A DNA stretch of 64,000 nt from an uncultured Chloroflexia bacterium (GTDB lineage Bacteria; Chloroflexota; Anaerolineae; JAAYZQ01). The translations under genes and the position numbers were made by a program. Of the stretch, positions 20,167-35,055 are shown piece after piece. Each line of letters begins with the position of its first letter. Positions within the stretch are counted from its first letter, which is position 1. The notes under the pieces are model-generated. The model did not search any database. It had not been told where the DNA came from and saw only the letters and a list, made by a program, of their open reading frames with translations. The stretch spans positions 1,184,001 through 1,248,000 of the forward strand of contig CAVOXA010000010.1 of the NCBI GenBank assembly GCA_963700285.1, in the 5' to 3' direction.

Positions 20167-20272
20167 CACCGCAAAGGCGCAAAGAACGCAAAGAAGAGCG
20201 AGTTTGGAGGATTCCTGGGGCAAGGCCCACATGTCCTTGATCCCCCTTGGCGTCCTTCGCGCCTTGGCGGTG
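20167..20272. repeat. REP-like imperfect inverted repeat (CGCAAAG.CGC.AAG type)
   Basis: TCACCGCAAAGGCGCAAAGAACGCAAAG ... CTTGGCGTCCTTCGCGCCTTGGCGGTGA. The right arm recurs at 14431-14460. Confidence 0.75.
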
Positions 20273-20617
20273 AATTGGTGCTTGACAGCGCATATGTTTC
20301 GTGGTAAGCTTGTGGGTGGAAAGGGGCTTGTCAGGAACCCACTGAACGTCGAGTTCTCGACGCTCTCAGTGTCATTGGACGCAGCCGTCATCCCCTTCAA
20401 TGTCGAAAGACCTTCCCCTCTCACTCACGAGCACCCTGTCGGATGGTTGCCGTGGGATACAACAACGAATTGAGAATACAACGAATGGACTGCGCGGGAT
20501 GTGGATTCGTTCCTTTCCCGATACGTTGTAGTGCGAGAAGAACAACAACGAATTGAGAATACAACGAATGGACTGTGCGGGAAGACGATTCGTTCCTTTC
20601 CCAATTCGTTGTAGTAC
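20206..20617 (+). repeat. Caspase-associated promoter/leader cassette, copy 2
   Basis: TTGACA(20282)-17 nt-TAAGCT(20305); leader homologous to copy 1; two tandem palindromic units at 20459-20532 and 20542-20615. Confidence 0.9.
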
Positions 20618-20640
20618 CAGCACCATAACAGGAGAACAAC

Positions 20641-22761
20641 ATGAGCGAGGACACAGGGACCGGAGCCAACTTTTATGCCCTGCTCATCGGCATAGACCAC
20701 TACCTCAAGCACACGCTGCCTGGGGGTGGCTACTACCCCAAGCTTGGCGGATGTGTGGCCGACGTCCGGCGGGTCGAGGCCTTTCTAAAGACCAAACTGG
20801 ACCTGCCCGAGGAGAACATCTACAAGCTAACCGCCACCTACGGCACCAGCCCAGAGCCCCCGGAACCAAAGGAGCAGTGGCCCACCTACGAGAACATGGT
20901 CGCTGCCTTCCAGAAGGTGACCGAGGTAGCCGGCGCGGGTGACCAGGTCTACGTCCACTATTCCGGCCACGGCGGCCGGACCAAAACCATCTACCCCCAG
21001 CTCAAGGGCGAGGCGGGCCAGGACGAGTCGCTGGTACCCATGGACATCGGCCGCGAGGGCGCCCGCTACCTGCGCGACCTGGAGCTGGCCCACATCTTCC
21101 AGAGGATGGTCGACAAGGGCATCCTCCTTACCGTAGTTCTGGACAGTTGCCACTCGGGCGGCACCACCCGTGCCCTGGACGTCGTCGTGCGCGGCATCGC
21201 CGGGCTGGATACCACCCCGCGTCCCACCGACAGCCTGGTGGCTTCAGCGGAGGAACTGGCTGACACGTGGCTGGGGAGTACGGCCGGCCAGACCCGCGCC
21301 CTCAAGCCCGGCGGCGGCTGGCTGCCCCAGCCCAAGGGCTACACGCTGCTGGCCGCCTGCCGCTCCCAGGAGTTCGCCCACGAGTACAATGTGGCGCCGG
21401 GCAAGCGGGGCGGAGCGCTCACCTGGTGGACCCTCGAGAGCCTGAAGCAGATCGGCCCCGGCCTCACCTATCGTATGCTCCACAACCAGGTCCTGCCCAA
21501 GATCCATGCCCAGTTCCCCCAACAGACGCCCCAGCTCCAGGGTGTAGAGTCCCGGGCTGTGTTCGGCAGCGAAACTGTGCAGCCGGTGCACTCGGTGAAC
21601 GTCATGGCGGTGGGCGCGGAGGGCGAGCGCGTCCAACTGGCCACCGGCCAGGTCCAGGCGGTGACCAAGGGCTCCCAGTTCGCCGTCTACCCTGGGGGGA
21701 CGGAAGATTTCCGGCAGGTTGAGCAGCGTCTGGCCCTGGTGGAGATCGACGATCTGGGAGCTGCCAGCTCCTGGACCAAGCTCGTGAAGATCTTTGGCCG
21801 GGGCGAAATCGGGCCGGGAGATCAAGCTGTGCTGCTGGATCCCGGCAAGGTCCGCCTTCGCCGCCGGGTGCGGCTGGTGACCCAGGGACAGGAAGAAGTA
21901 CCTCCTTCCATCGACCAGGACGAGGCCCTGGATGCGATCCGCGCTGCACTGGAAAGGGAGGGAAGCGGCTGGGTCAGCCTGGGCATGGAGGGCGAGACCG
22001 TCGACTATCAGGTCGCGGTCAATGCCATGGGCCAGTACGAGATCTGGGACCGGTCCGGGGTGCCCATCCCCAACCTGCGGCCCGCGCTTGACTATCTCGA
22101 CTCAGGTGCCCCCGCGCGCGTCGTCCAGCGCCTGGTGCACCTGACCAAGTTCAACAACCTGCTGCTCCTGGACAACCATGACCCGACCTCGCCCCTGGCC
22201 CGCGCCGTGGAGGTAGAGGTCCTGCAGGCCCAGCCCGACTATGAGCCGGGCGAGCCGCCGGACCCGCAGCCCTTTGACGATCCCGGCAACACGCCCACGG
22301 CATCCACCGGCCAGTGGCTGCTGGCCCGCATCAAGAACCGGTCGTCAGAGACCCTCAACCTTGTAGTCTTTGATCTATCGTCTGACTGGAGCGTGGCCCA
22401 GGTGCACCCCACCTGGACCGACTATGTGAGCCTTGATGCCGGGGCGGAAGAGATCTTTCCCCTGCAGGCCGGGCTGCCCCAGGGATATGAGGCGGGTAGC
22501 GACGTGCTCAAGGTCTTTGCCACGCTGGGACCGGCCAACTTTCGATGGCTGGAGATGCCCGAGCTGGACCAACCACCCCTGCGCAGATCCTCAGTCATGC
22601 GTTCCATTGAGGAGCGCGACCCGCTGGAGGAGATGCTGGCCGCCTTTATCGGGGACAAGCCCCTGCCGCTGACCCGCAGCCTCAACCCGGCCGAGTATCC
22701 CAGCCGCGGCTGGTCCACAGTTCAGATGGAGGTGCACGTAAAAAAAGCGAGCAGGGGCTGA
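20641..22761 (+). CDS. Caspase-like (C14) protease with C-terminal beta-sandwich (DUF4384-like) domain
   Basis: ALLIGIDHY, LGGCVADV, YSGHG, LDSCHSG and LLAAC...E.AHE motifs; AGGAG RBS. Confidence 0.9.
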   Translation: MSEDTGTGANFYALLIGIDHYLKHTLPGGGYYPKLGGCVADVRRVEAFLKTKLDLPEENIYKLTATYGTSPEPPEPKEQWPTYENMVAAFQKVTEVAGAGDQVYVHYSGHGGRTKTIYPQLKGEAGQDESLVPMDIGREGARYLRDLELAHIFQRMVDKGILLTVVLDSCHSGGTTRALDVVVRGIAGLDTTPRPTDSLVASAEELADTWLGSTAGQTRALKPGGGWLPQPKGYTLLAACRSQEFAHEYNVAPGKRGGALTWWTLESLKQIGPGLTYRMLHNQVLPKIHAQFPQQTPQLQGVESRAVFGSETVQPVHSVNVMAVGAEGERVQLATGQVQAVTKGSQFAVYPGGTEDFRQVEQRLALVEIDDLGAASSWTKLVKIFGRGEIGPGDQAVLLDPGKVRLRRRVRLVTQGQEEVPPSIDQDEALDAIRAALEREGSGWVSLGMEGETVDYQVAVNAMGQYEIWDRSGVPIPNLRPALDYLDSGAPARVVQRLVHLTKFNNLLLLDNHDPTSPLARAVEVEVLQAQPDYEPGEPPDPQPFDDPGNTPTASTGQWLLARIKNRSSETLNLVVFDLSSDWSVAQVHPTWTDYVSLDAGAEEIFPLQAGLPQGYEAGSDVLKVFATLGPANFRWLEMPELDQPPLRRSSVMRSIEERDPLEEMLAAFIGDKPLPLTRSLNPAEYPSRGWSTVQMEVHVKKASRG

Positions 22762-22889
22762 CGCCGGCGGATGCGCCGCAGGGAGAAACACCCACTGCGG
22801 TGCCGCAAGAGGGGTTTACACTTGCGGCCGTCGCCGAGCCGGAGCAGTCCCTTTCGGTGAACCAAATAGACACAGCAGGAGGTGAGCCC

Positions 22890-23378
22890 ATGGAACCTGA
22901 TGGACAGAATAGCGAGCGCAAGAGCCTCTGGACGCCTGAGGTGATCATCCAGGCCTTCAAGGAGGCCATCACGGCCCTGCTGGGATTGGCGGTGGTGGGT
23001 TATACCCTCATCCTGGCCGGGAATACCCTGTCCCTGGTGGGGCAGCCCGAAAAGTTATCCGATGCCAAGGACATCCTGATGTTGGTCCTGGGTCTGGCGG
23101 GTGTGGTCGTGGGTTACTACTTTGGTCGTGTGCCGGCCGATGCGCGGGCCAGCCAGGCGCAGCAGCAGGCCAACGATGCCACGGCCCAGAGCGAACAGGT
23201 CCACGCCCAGGCCCAGGCCATCGCCGATGAGGTAGACGAGGTGATGGAGCGGATGGCGAGACCCTCCGTCACAGCACGCGGGGCCGAGTCCTCGGCAACA
23301 GATCTCGCCCTGGCCGAGGACCTGTATCGCATCCGCGATGATCTTCGGTCTCTATCCAAGCTAAGTAGAAGGAGGTAA
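22890..23378 (+). CDS. Two-TM protein with GYYFG motif and C-terminal coiled coil
   Basis: AGGAGG RBS before ATG 22890; two hydrophobic helices, the second ending GVVVGYYFG; Q/A-rich helical tail. Confidence 0.8.
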   Translation: MEPDGQNSERKSLWTPEVIIQAFKEAITALLGLAVVGYTLILAGNTLSLVGQPEKLSDAKDILMLVLGLAGVVVGYYFGRVPADARASQAQQQANDATAQSEQVHAQAQAIADEVDEVMERMARPSVTARGAESSATDLALAEDLYRIRDDLRSLSKLSRRR

Positions 23379-23381
23379 GCT

Positions 23382-24683
23382 GTGAATACAAATGATCTAT
23401 TGACCGCATGGTCCATGATGTCTCTGGAAGAGATCGAAACCCGGCTGGAGTCTGGAATCGATGATGCTGCGGCGGAACAGTTTTTCGGCGCCAAAGAGAT
23501 GGCCGAGATGCAGTCGCTATCCAGAGAGCCTCAGGCGCGAGGGCTGCGCGAGGCTGTGGTGCTCCTGCCAGGAGTGATGGGCTCGCTGCTGAGCAGCATC
23601 CGCGGCGTGACTACCCTGCTGTGGATCAACCCTCTCCTCTTTCTCAGGGGCCAGTCCAGCTACCTCGAACTGAACGATGCCGGTACCCACGACCGTGTCC
23701 CGGCCGTGGATGCCGTGCCCATTGGCCTGGAAAAGATGACCTATACCAAGATCGGCCTGTCCCTGCGCCGCAAGACCGACCTCTTTGAATTCCCCTACGA
23801 CTGGCGCCGGCCCATCGCCTGGAACGCGGCTCTCCTGCACGAGTGCCTGGAGCGCTGGGCAGGCGACAACCCCAACCGGCAGTTCACCCTGGTGGGCCAC
23901 AGCATGGGCGGGCTGGTCTCCCGGGCCTACCTGGCCCGCTATCCCCAGGCCTCCCAGCGGCGGGTCAAGCAGGTCATCATGCACGGCACGCCCCATTTTG
24001 GCGCGGCCGGCGCCGTGGCGAACCTGATCCATGGCAACAGCATGATGTCCCTGGCCGCCAAACTCAACAAAAAGAATGTGACGCGCCAGCTACTGCTGAA
24101 TATGCCCAGCGTCTACGAACTGGTGCCCGCGCCGCGTGACCTGTTCCCCTCTCACCGGCCCTACGCTGCCAATTGGGATCTTTACAACGCGGGCGAATGG
24201 GAACTGGAGGGCCTGCGCCAGGATTACCTGGATGCCGGGGCTGGGTTCCACAGGCTGCTGGCAGAGTCTGACCCTCAAGTCCAGATCACGCAGATTGCCG
24301 GCTGCAACCTGAGTACCATCGTGGACATGCAGCGCAGCTTTGGGCCCGATGGGGAGTCGGTGTACAACTCGCTCGGGAAGGAAGATGGCCCCGATGCCGG
24401 TGATGGCACGGTGCCACTGTGGTCGGCCGTCCTGCCCGGAGCCACCATGTATTACATTGAAGAGGTGCACCGCGACCTGCCCAAGAACAAGCAAATCCTC
24501 CGGGCTACCCTGGACCTGATTCATGGGCAACCGCCTGATCTGGACACCAGCATACCGGGTCGCAGGGCCATCGTGAAGCGCGATGTGGCACCGCCTGAGG
24601 TCGATGCGGAGGGGTTGAAGCAACGCATCGAGACGGGCACCGCCACAGAGAAGGACCTGGAGCAACTCTTCTTCGCCTTCTGA
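23382..24683 (+). CDS. Alpha/beta-hydrolase, LCAT/PGAP1-like lipase or acyltransferase
   Basis: LLPGVMGS oxyanion motif, FPYDWR, GHSMGG nucleophile elbow, GTPHFGA, GDGTVP and a later His. Confidence 0.88.
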   Translation: MNTNDLLTAWSMMSLEEIETRLESGIDDAAAEQFFGAKEMAEMQSLSREPQARGLREAVVLLPGVMGSLLSSIRGVTTLLWINPLLFLRGQSSYLELNDAGTHDRVPAVDAVPIGLEKMTYTKIGLSLRRKTDLFEFPYDWRRPIAWNAALLHECLERWAGDNPNRQFTLVGHSMGGLVSRAYLARYPQASQRRVKQVIMHGTPHFGAAGAVANLIHGNSMMSLAAKLNKKNVTRQLLLNMPSVYELVPAPRDLFPSHRPYAANWDLYNAGEWELEGLRQDYLDAGAGFHRLLAESDPQVQITQIAGCNLSTIVDMQRSFGPDGESVYNSLGKEDGPDAGDGTVPLWSAVLPGATMYYIEEVHRDLPKNKQILRATLDLIHGQPPDLDTSIPGRRAIVKRDVAPPEVDAEGLKQRIETGTATEKDLEQLFFAF

Positions 24684-24728
24684 TCTACTTCAGTCCCAAC
24701 TGCCCAGATGGATCCGCTCACTGGAGCT

Positions 24729-24757
24729 TTGACACGCTGTCCATATTGTGGTATTCT
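24729..24757 (+). promoter_or_regulatory. Sigma70-type promoter for cydAB
   Basis: TTGACA-17 nt-TATTCT with TG extension. Confidence 0.65.
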
Positions 24758-24766
24758 TGGGTAGCT

Positions 24767-24784
24767 TTGTGTCCCAATTCACAA
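24767..24784. promoter_or_regulatory. Rex-like operator (also fits a CRP/FNR-type palindrome)
   Basis: TTGTGTCCCAATTCACAA versus Rex consensus TTGTGAA-N4-TTCACAA, just downstream of the -10. Rex control of cydAB is established in Gram-positive bacteria. Confidence 0.65.
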
Positions 24785-24815
24785 GGCAGAGGCATGATCC
24801 AAGGAGGGTTCAGCT

Positions 24816-26195
24816 ATGGATGCATTGGCTCTGGCACGGTTGCAGTTCGCCGTCACCACCGTGTACCACTTTTTCTTTGTTCCCCTCACTTTGGGCCTTT
24901 CCATCCTCGTGGCCCTCATGGAAACCGTCTACGTCCGCACCGGCGACGACGTCTACAAACAGATGACCAAGTTCTGGGGCAAGCTGTTTCTCATCAACTT
25001 TGCCATGGGCGTAGTGACCGGCCTTGTGCAGGAGTTCCAGTTTGGCATGAATTGGTCCGAGTACTCGCGCTTTGTGGGCGACATCTTTGGCGTGCCCCTG
25101 GCCATCGAGGCCCTGCTGGCCTTCTTCCTGGAATCCACCTTTCTGGGCATCTGGATCTTTGGTTGGGACATGCTGCCCAAAGGGCTGCACCTGCTAGTCA
25201 TGTGGATGGTTGCCATCGGGTCCACCCTCTCGGCTTTCTGGATCCTGGTCGCCAACTCGTGGATGCAGCATCCGGTAGGCTATGTGCTGCGCAACGGTCG
25301 AGCTGAAATGACCGACTTTTGGGCGCTGATCACCAATCCCCACGTATGGTACCAGTTCCCCCACGTCTTGTTTGCCGGGATGGCAACGGCAGGCTTTTTT
25401 GTCCTGGGCATCAGCGCCTACCACCTGCGCAAGGGGGGCAGCGGCAACGAGGTGTTCCGTAGATCCTTCAACTGGGCCGTGGTCTATGCCCTGGTTGCTT
25501 CGGTGATGGTCGGCCTGGTAGGACACTCCCAGATGCAGTCCCTGCAAGACACACAGCCTATGAAGCTGGCTGCCGCCGAGGCACTGTGGGAGACGGAACA
25601 GCCGGCCGCCCTATCATTGCTTACCATCGGTACCCTGTCTGGTCGTGAAGAGATCTTTTCCATCCGGCTCCCGATGGTCATGAGCTTACTGACTTGTAAC
25701 AACCTGACCTGCGAGGTTCAGGGCATCTACAACCTTCAGGCCGAGTACGAGCAGATCTATGGCCCGGGGGATTACGTACCACCTATTCCCCTCACCTATT
25801 GGTCCTTTCGCGGCATGCTGACGGCCGGAATGCTGATGATCGCGGTTTCTCTCCTGGCCTTGTATCTGGTGCTCAGGCGAAAGGTGGAAAAGGCCCGCTG
25901 GTTCCTGTACTTGCTACCTCTGGCCATATTCCTGCCCTACCTGGCCAACACCTCGGGCTGGCTGATGGCCGAAGTGGGCCGCCAGCCCTGGATCGTTTTC
26001 GGTGTAATGCGCACGGAGGAGGGGGTGTCGCTGGTGGTCTCTGCTGGGGCGGTACTGTTGTCCCTGGCCGTATTTATCCTGGTCTACGCCGCGTTGCTCG
26101 TGGCCGATATCTACCTTCTGGCCAAATTCGCGCGCAAGGGACCAACGCAAGAAGATTTCCCGGCCCCGGCCATGGCCCACGGAGGGGAGGCGTAG
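24816..26195 (+). CDS. cydA: Cytochrome bd ubiquinol oxidase subunit I
   Basis: LARLQFA...HFFF, EFQFGMNW, FFLESTF, QPMKLAAAE and EVGRQPW motifs. Confidence 0.97.
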   Translation: MDALALARLQFAVTTVYHFFFVPLTLGLSILVALMETVYVRTGDDVYKQMTKFWGKLFLINFAMGVVTGLVQEFQFGMNWSEYSRFVGDIFGVPLAIEALLAFFLESTFLGIWIFGWDMLPKGLHLLVMWMVAIGSTLSAFWILVANSWMQHPVGYVLRNGRAEMTDFWALITNPHVWYQFPHVLFAGMATAGFFVLGISAYHLRKGGSGNEVFRRSFNWAVVYALVASVMVGLVGHSQMQSLQDTQPMKLAAAEALWETEQPAALSLLTIGTLSGREEIFSIRLPMVMSLLTCNNLTCEVQGIYNLQAEYEQIYGPGDYVPPIPLTYWSFRGMLTAGMLMIAVSLLALYLVLRRKVEKARWFLYLLPLAIFLPYLANTSGWLMAEVGRQPWIVFGVMRTEEGVSLVVSAGAVLLSLAVFILVYAALLVADIYLLAKFARKGPTQEDFPAPAMAHGGEA

Positions 26196-26196
26196 G

Positions 26197-27211
26197 ATGG
26201 ATCTCAACACCGTTTGGTTCGCGCTGGTTGCAGTCCTGGTTATCGGCTTTTTCCTGCTGGAAGGCTTTGACTATGGTGTCGGCATCCTCCTGCCCTTCTT
26301 GGGCAAGGATGATCAGGACCGCCGGGTGATCATCAACACCATTGGACCTTACTGGGACGGCAATGAGGTCTGGCTGATCACTGCCGGTGGGGCTATCTTT
26401 GCCGCCTTTCCAGAGTGGTATGCCACCATGTTCAGTGGCTTCTACCTGGCCCTGCTGCTGATGCTCGTGGCCCTGATTGTGCGAGGCGTGGCTTTCGAGT
26501 TCCGCAGCAAGGACCGGCGGCCACAGTGGCGCGGCCTTTGGGACTGGATGATTTTTTTCGGGAGCTTTGTGCCCGCATTGCTGTGGGGTGTGGCTTTTGC
26601 CAACCTGATCCGGGGCGTGCCCATCAATGCCGATATGCAGTACGTGGGCACCTTTTGGGATCTGCTCAACCCCTATGCCCTGGTAGGCGGGCTGGCGACC
26701 TTGTCGGCCTTTACACTGCACGGTGCGGTATTTTTGAGCCTCAAGACCAAAGACGAACTCGAAGAGCGGGCGCACAAGGCGGCGGCGCGAGTCTGGCTGC
26801 CCACGGTCATCATTGTCTTTGCTCTTTGTCATCGCTGGGTACTTTGCTACCGACATGTTCACAAAGCTGGGCGTAAATCCCGGTCCGGTTCCATTGGGTG
26901 CGGGTGCGGCCTTGCTGGCAGCGGGCTGGTTCATCCGCCAGCGGCGCAATGGATGGGCCTTTTTCATGACGGGGTTGACCATTGCTCTGTCCTCGGCCAC
27001 GGTGGCCATCGGGCTCTATCCCCGGGTCATGGTTTCCAGCCTTAACCCGGCCTGGAGCCTGACCATTTATAACGCCTCATCCAGCCCGTACACGCTGCGT
27101 ATCATGACCATCGTTGCCCTGGTTCTTGTGCCTATCGTGCTTCTCTATCAGGGCTGGAGCTACTGGGTGTTCCGCAGGCGCATTGGTAGGGAAGATACGC
27201 TGGAGTATTGA
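26197..27211 (+). CDS. cydB: Cytochrome bd oxidase subunit II (one frameshift near 26820, probably sequencing error)
   Basis: LEGFDYGVG, GPYWDGNEVW and RGVAFEFR; the C-terminus LTIYNASSSPYTL...YWVFRRR is in the second frame. Confidence 0.93.
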
Positions 27212-27236
27212 GGGAAAGCACGACTCCGCCAGAACC

Positions 27237-27268
27237 AAGACCCCGGGAGATGTCCCCCGAGGTCTTTT
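27237..27268 (+). terminator. Probable intrinsic terminator after cydB
   Basis: AAGACC-CCGGG...CCCGA-GGTCTT stem followed by TT. Confidence 0.55.
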
Positions 27269-27553
27269 GATCTACCCCTTTTTCAACAGTGAATAGATCT
27301 GTGACAATGGCAGCTTTCATGAATGCCATCAGTTCCTCCTCATCGCGTTTCCCGCCGTCTTTCGTTCCTGTCGCGGTGGTCAACCCTACGTTGCTACAAG
27401 CTTTCAGTTTTGAGCGAGCAGACCGCTGTGTGATGCAGACAACTGTCTTTTCGGGCAGGTAAGGTATCATATCGGTGAGCCCATCGTCGTGGGGACCGAA
27501 GGCTGTGCCAACCGTTTTCTTTCCTCGAAGCGGAACCAAGCCCAACCCCATAT

Positions 27554-27581
27554 TTGACAAGCAGCCTGAAATGGATATAAT
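27554..27581 (+). promoter_or_regulatory. Sigma70-type promoter for the Xer-like gene
   Basis: TTGACA-16 nt-TATAAT. Confidence 0.65.
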
Positions 27582-27587
27582 GTTAGA

Positions 27588-28535
27588 TTGGTCGTTGAGA
27601 CAGAGGTAGGGGCGATAAATAGCAACGGTTTATTGGAACAATTCGAAGGGCATCTCGAAAGCACAGCCCTCGCGCCGGCAACAGTGGTGAATTATATGGC
27701 TGATCTCAGGTCCTTCTTGCAATGGAGTCAGACTGCAAGAGGGGCCGGTGTGCTGGTCAATCCGACGCCTGATGGACCCTTTGAGCTAGATGCATCGGAT
27801 ATCCAATCCTATTGTTGCTATCTGCAGCATACAAAGGATCACGTACCAGCTACTGTCAACCGGCGGCTGCAGGCGCTTCGCAAGTTTTACGACTTTGCCA
27901 TTGACCAGGGATGGACCCCCGCCAACCCGGCGAGCGATGTCCGGTTGTTGAGCGAAGTTGTATCTGACCGCAGTCGTGGTTTGACCCCGGACGATGTTAC
28001 CCGTCTGTTGGCCGTTGTGCGGCAGAGCCACGCTCGGCGGGCGGACAGGGATTGGGCGATCTTTCAGGTGCTGTTACATGCCGGATTAAAGCTGGGTGAA
28101 TTGACCCAGTTGCGAATGGCAGACCTGGATCTGGATGCTGTGCCACCCTACCTTTGTGTGGGCAGCAATGCAAGCCAATCCGGCCGCACCATCCCGCTCG
28201 AGGGCGAGGTATGCGATGCCCTGCGAGCCTATTTGCCCAAAAGGCAAGCTGCCCCCGGTGTAGCCTATGTCTTTGTGAATCGGGACGGGAATCCGCTTTC
28301 AACGCGTACCGTGCAACGGCTGCTCCATCAATACGCGCGGGCTGCGGCTTTGGACAACCTCACGACCCAATCTCTGCGCTATGTGTACGCCACAAGGGTC
28401 TATGAAAGAAGCGGTGACCTGAAAACGGTGGCCCTGCTGTTGGGTCATCGTCATCTGGCAACCACGATCCGGTACCTACGCTCCAGCGGAGCGCAACAGA
28501 AGCAATTCGATACGGACAATCTAGACGGAACGTAA
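27588..28535 (+). CDS. XerC/D-like tyrosine recombinase homologue with degenerate active site
   Basis: SAM-like N-domain (TVVNYMADL, ATVNRRLQALRKFY) and LLGH...TT.RY are present, but GLKLGEL and TTQSLRY replace GxRxSEL and PHxLRH. Confidence 0.85.
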   Translation: MVVETEVGAINSNGLLEQFEGHLESTALAPATVVNYMADLRSFLQWSQTARGAGVLVNPTPDGPFELDASDIQSYCCYLQHTKDHVPATVNRRLQALRKFYDFAIDQGWTPANPASDVRLLSEVVSDRSRGLTPDDVTRLLAVVRQSHARRADRDWAIFQVLLHAGLKLGELTQLRMADLDLDAVPPYLCVGSNASQSGRTIPLEGEVCDALRAYLPKRQAAPGVAYVFVNRDGNPLSTRTVQRLLHQYARAAALDNLTTQSLRYVYATRVYERSGDLKTVALLLGHRHLATTIRYLRSSGAQQKQFDTDNLDGT

Positions 28536-28537
28536 CC

Positions 28538-34981
<6,444 letters not shown>

Positions 34982-35055
34982 ACAGGATTGGATATTAGGA
35001 ACCAGAGACTGGAGACTTGGAATTACCCACTCCCCAGTGTACAATAGCAACCACC

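Noticed and set aside
20459-20615. CRISPR array
   Set aside because: Only two units of ~75 bp with a 9-bp gap, and no cas genes; the geometry does not fit CRISPR.
26810-26830. Programmed frameshift or pseudogene in cydB
   Set aside because: A single indel near T runs in an assembly with many similar errors; both halves are intact.
27132-27560. 142-aa minus-strand ORF
   Set aside because: It overlaps the cydB end, the terminator and the next promoter, and has no motifs.
27588-28535. Prophage or ICE integrase marking a mobile element
   Set aside because: No tRNA, att repeats or phage/conjugation genes nearby, and the active site is degenerate.
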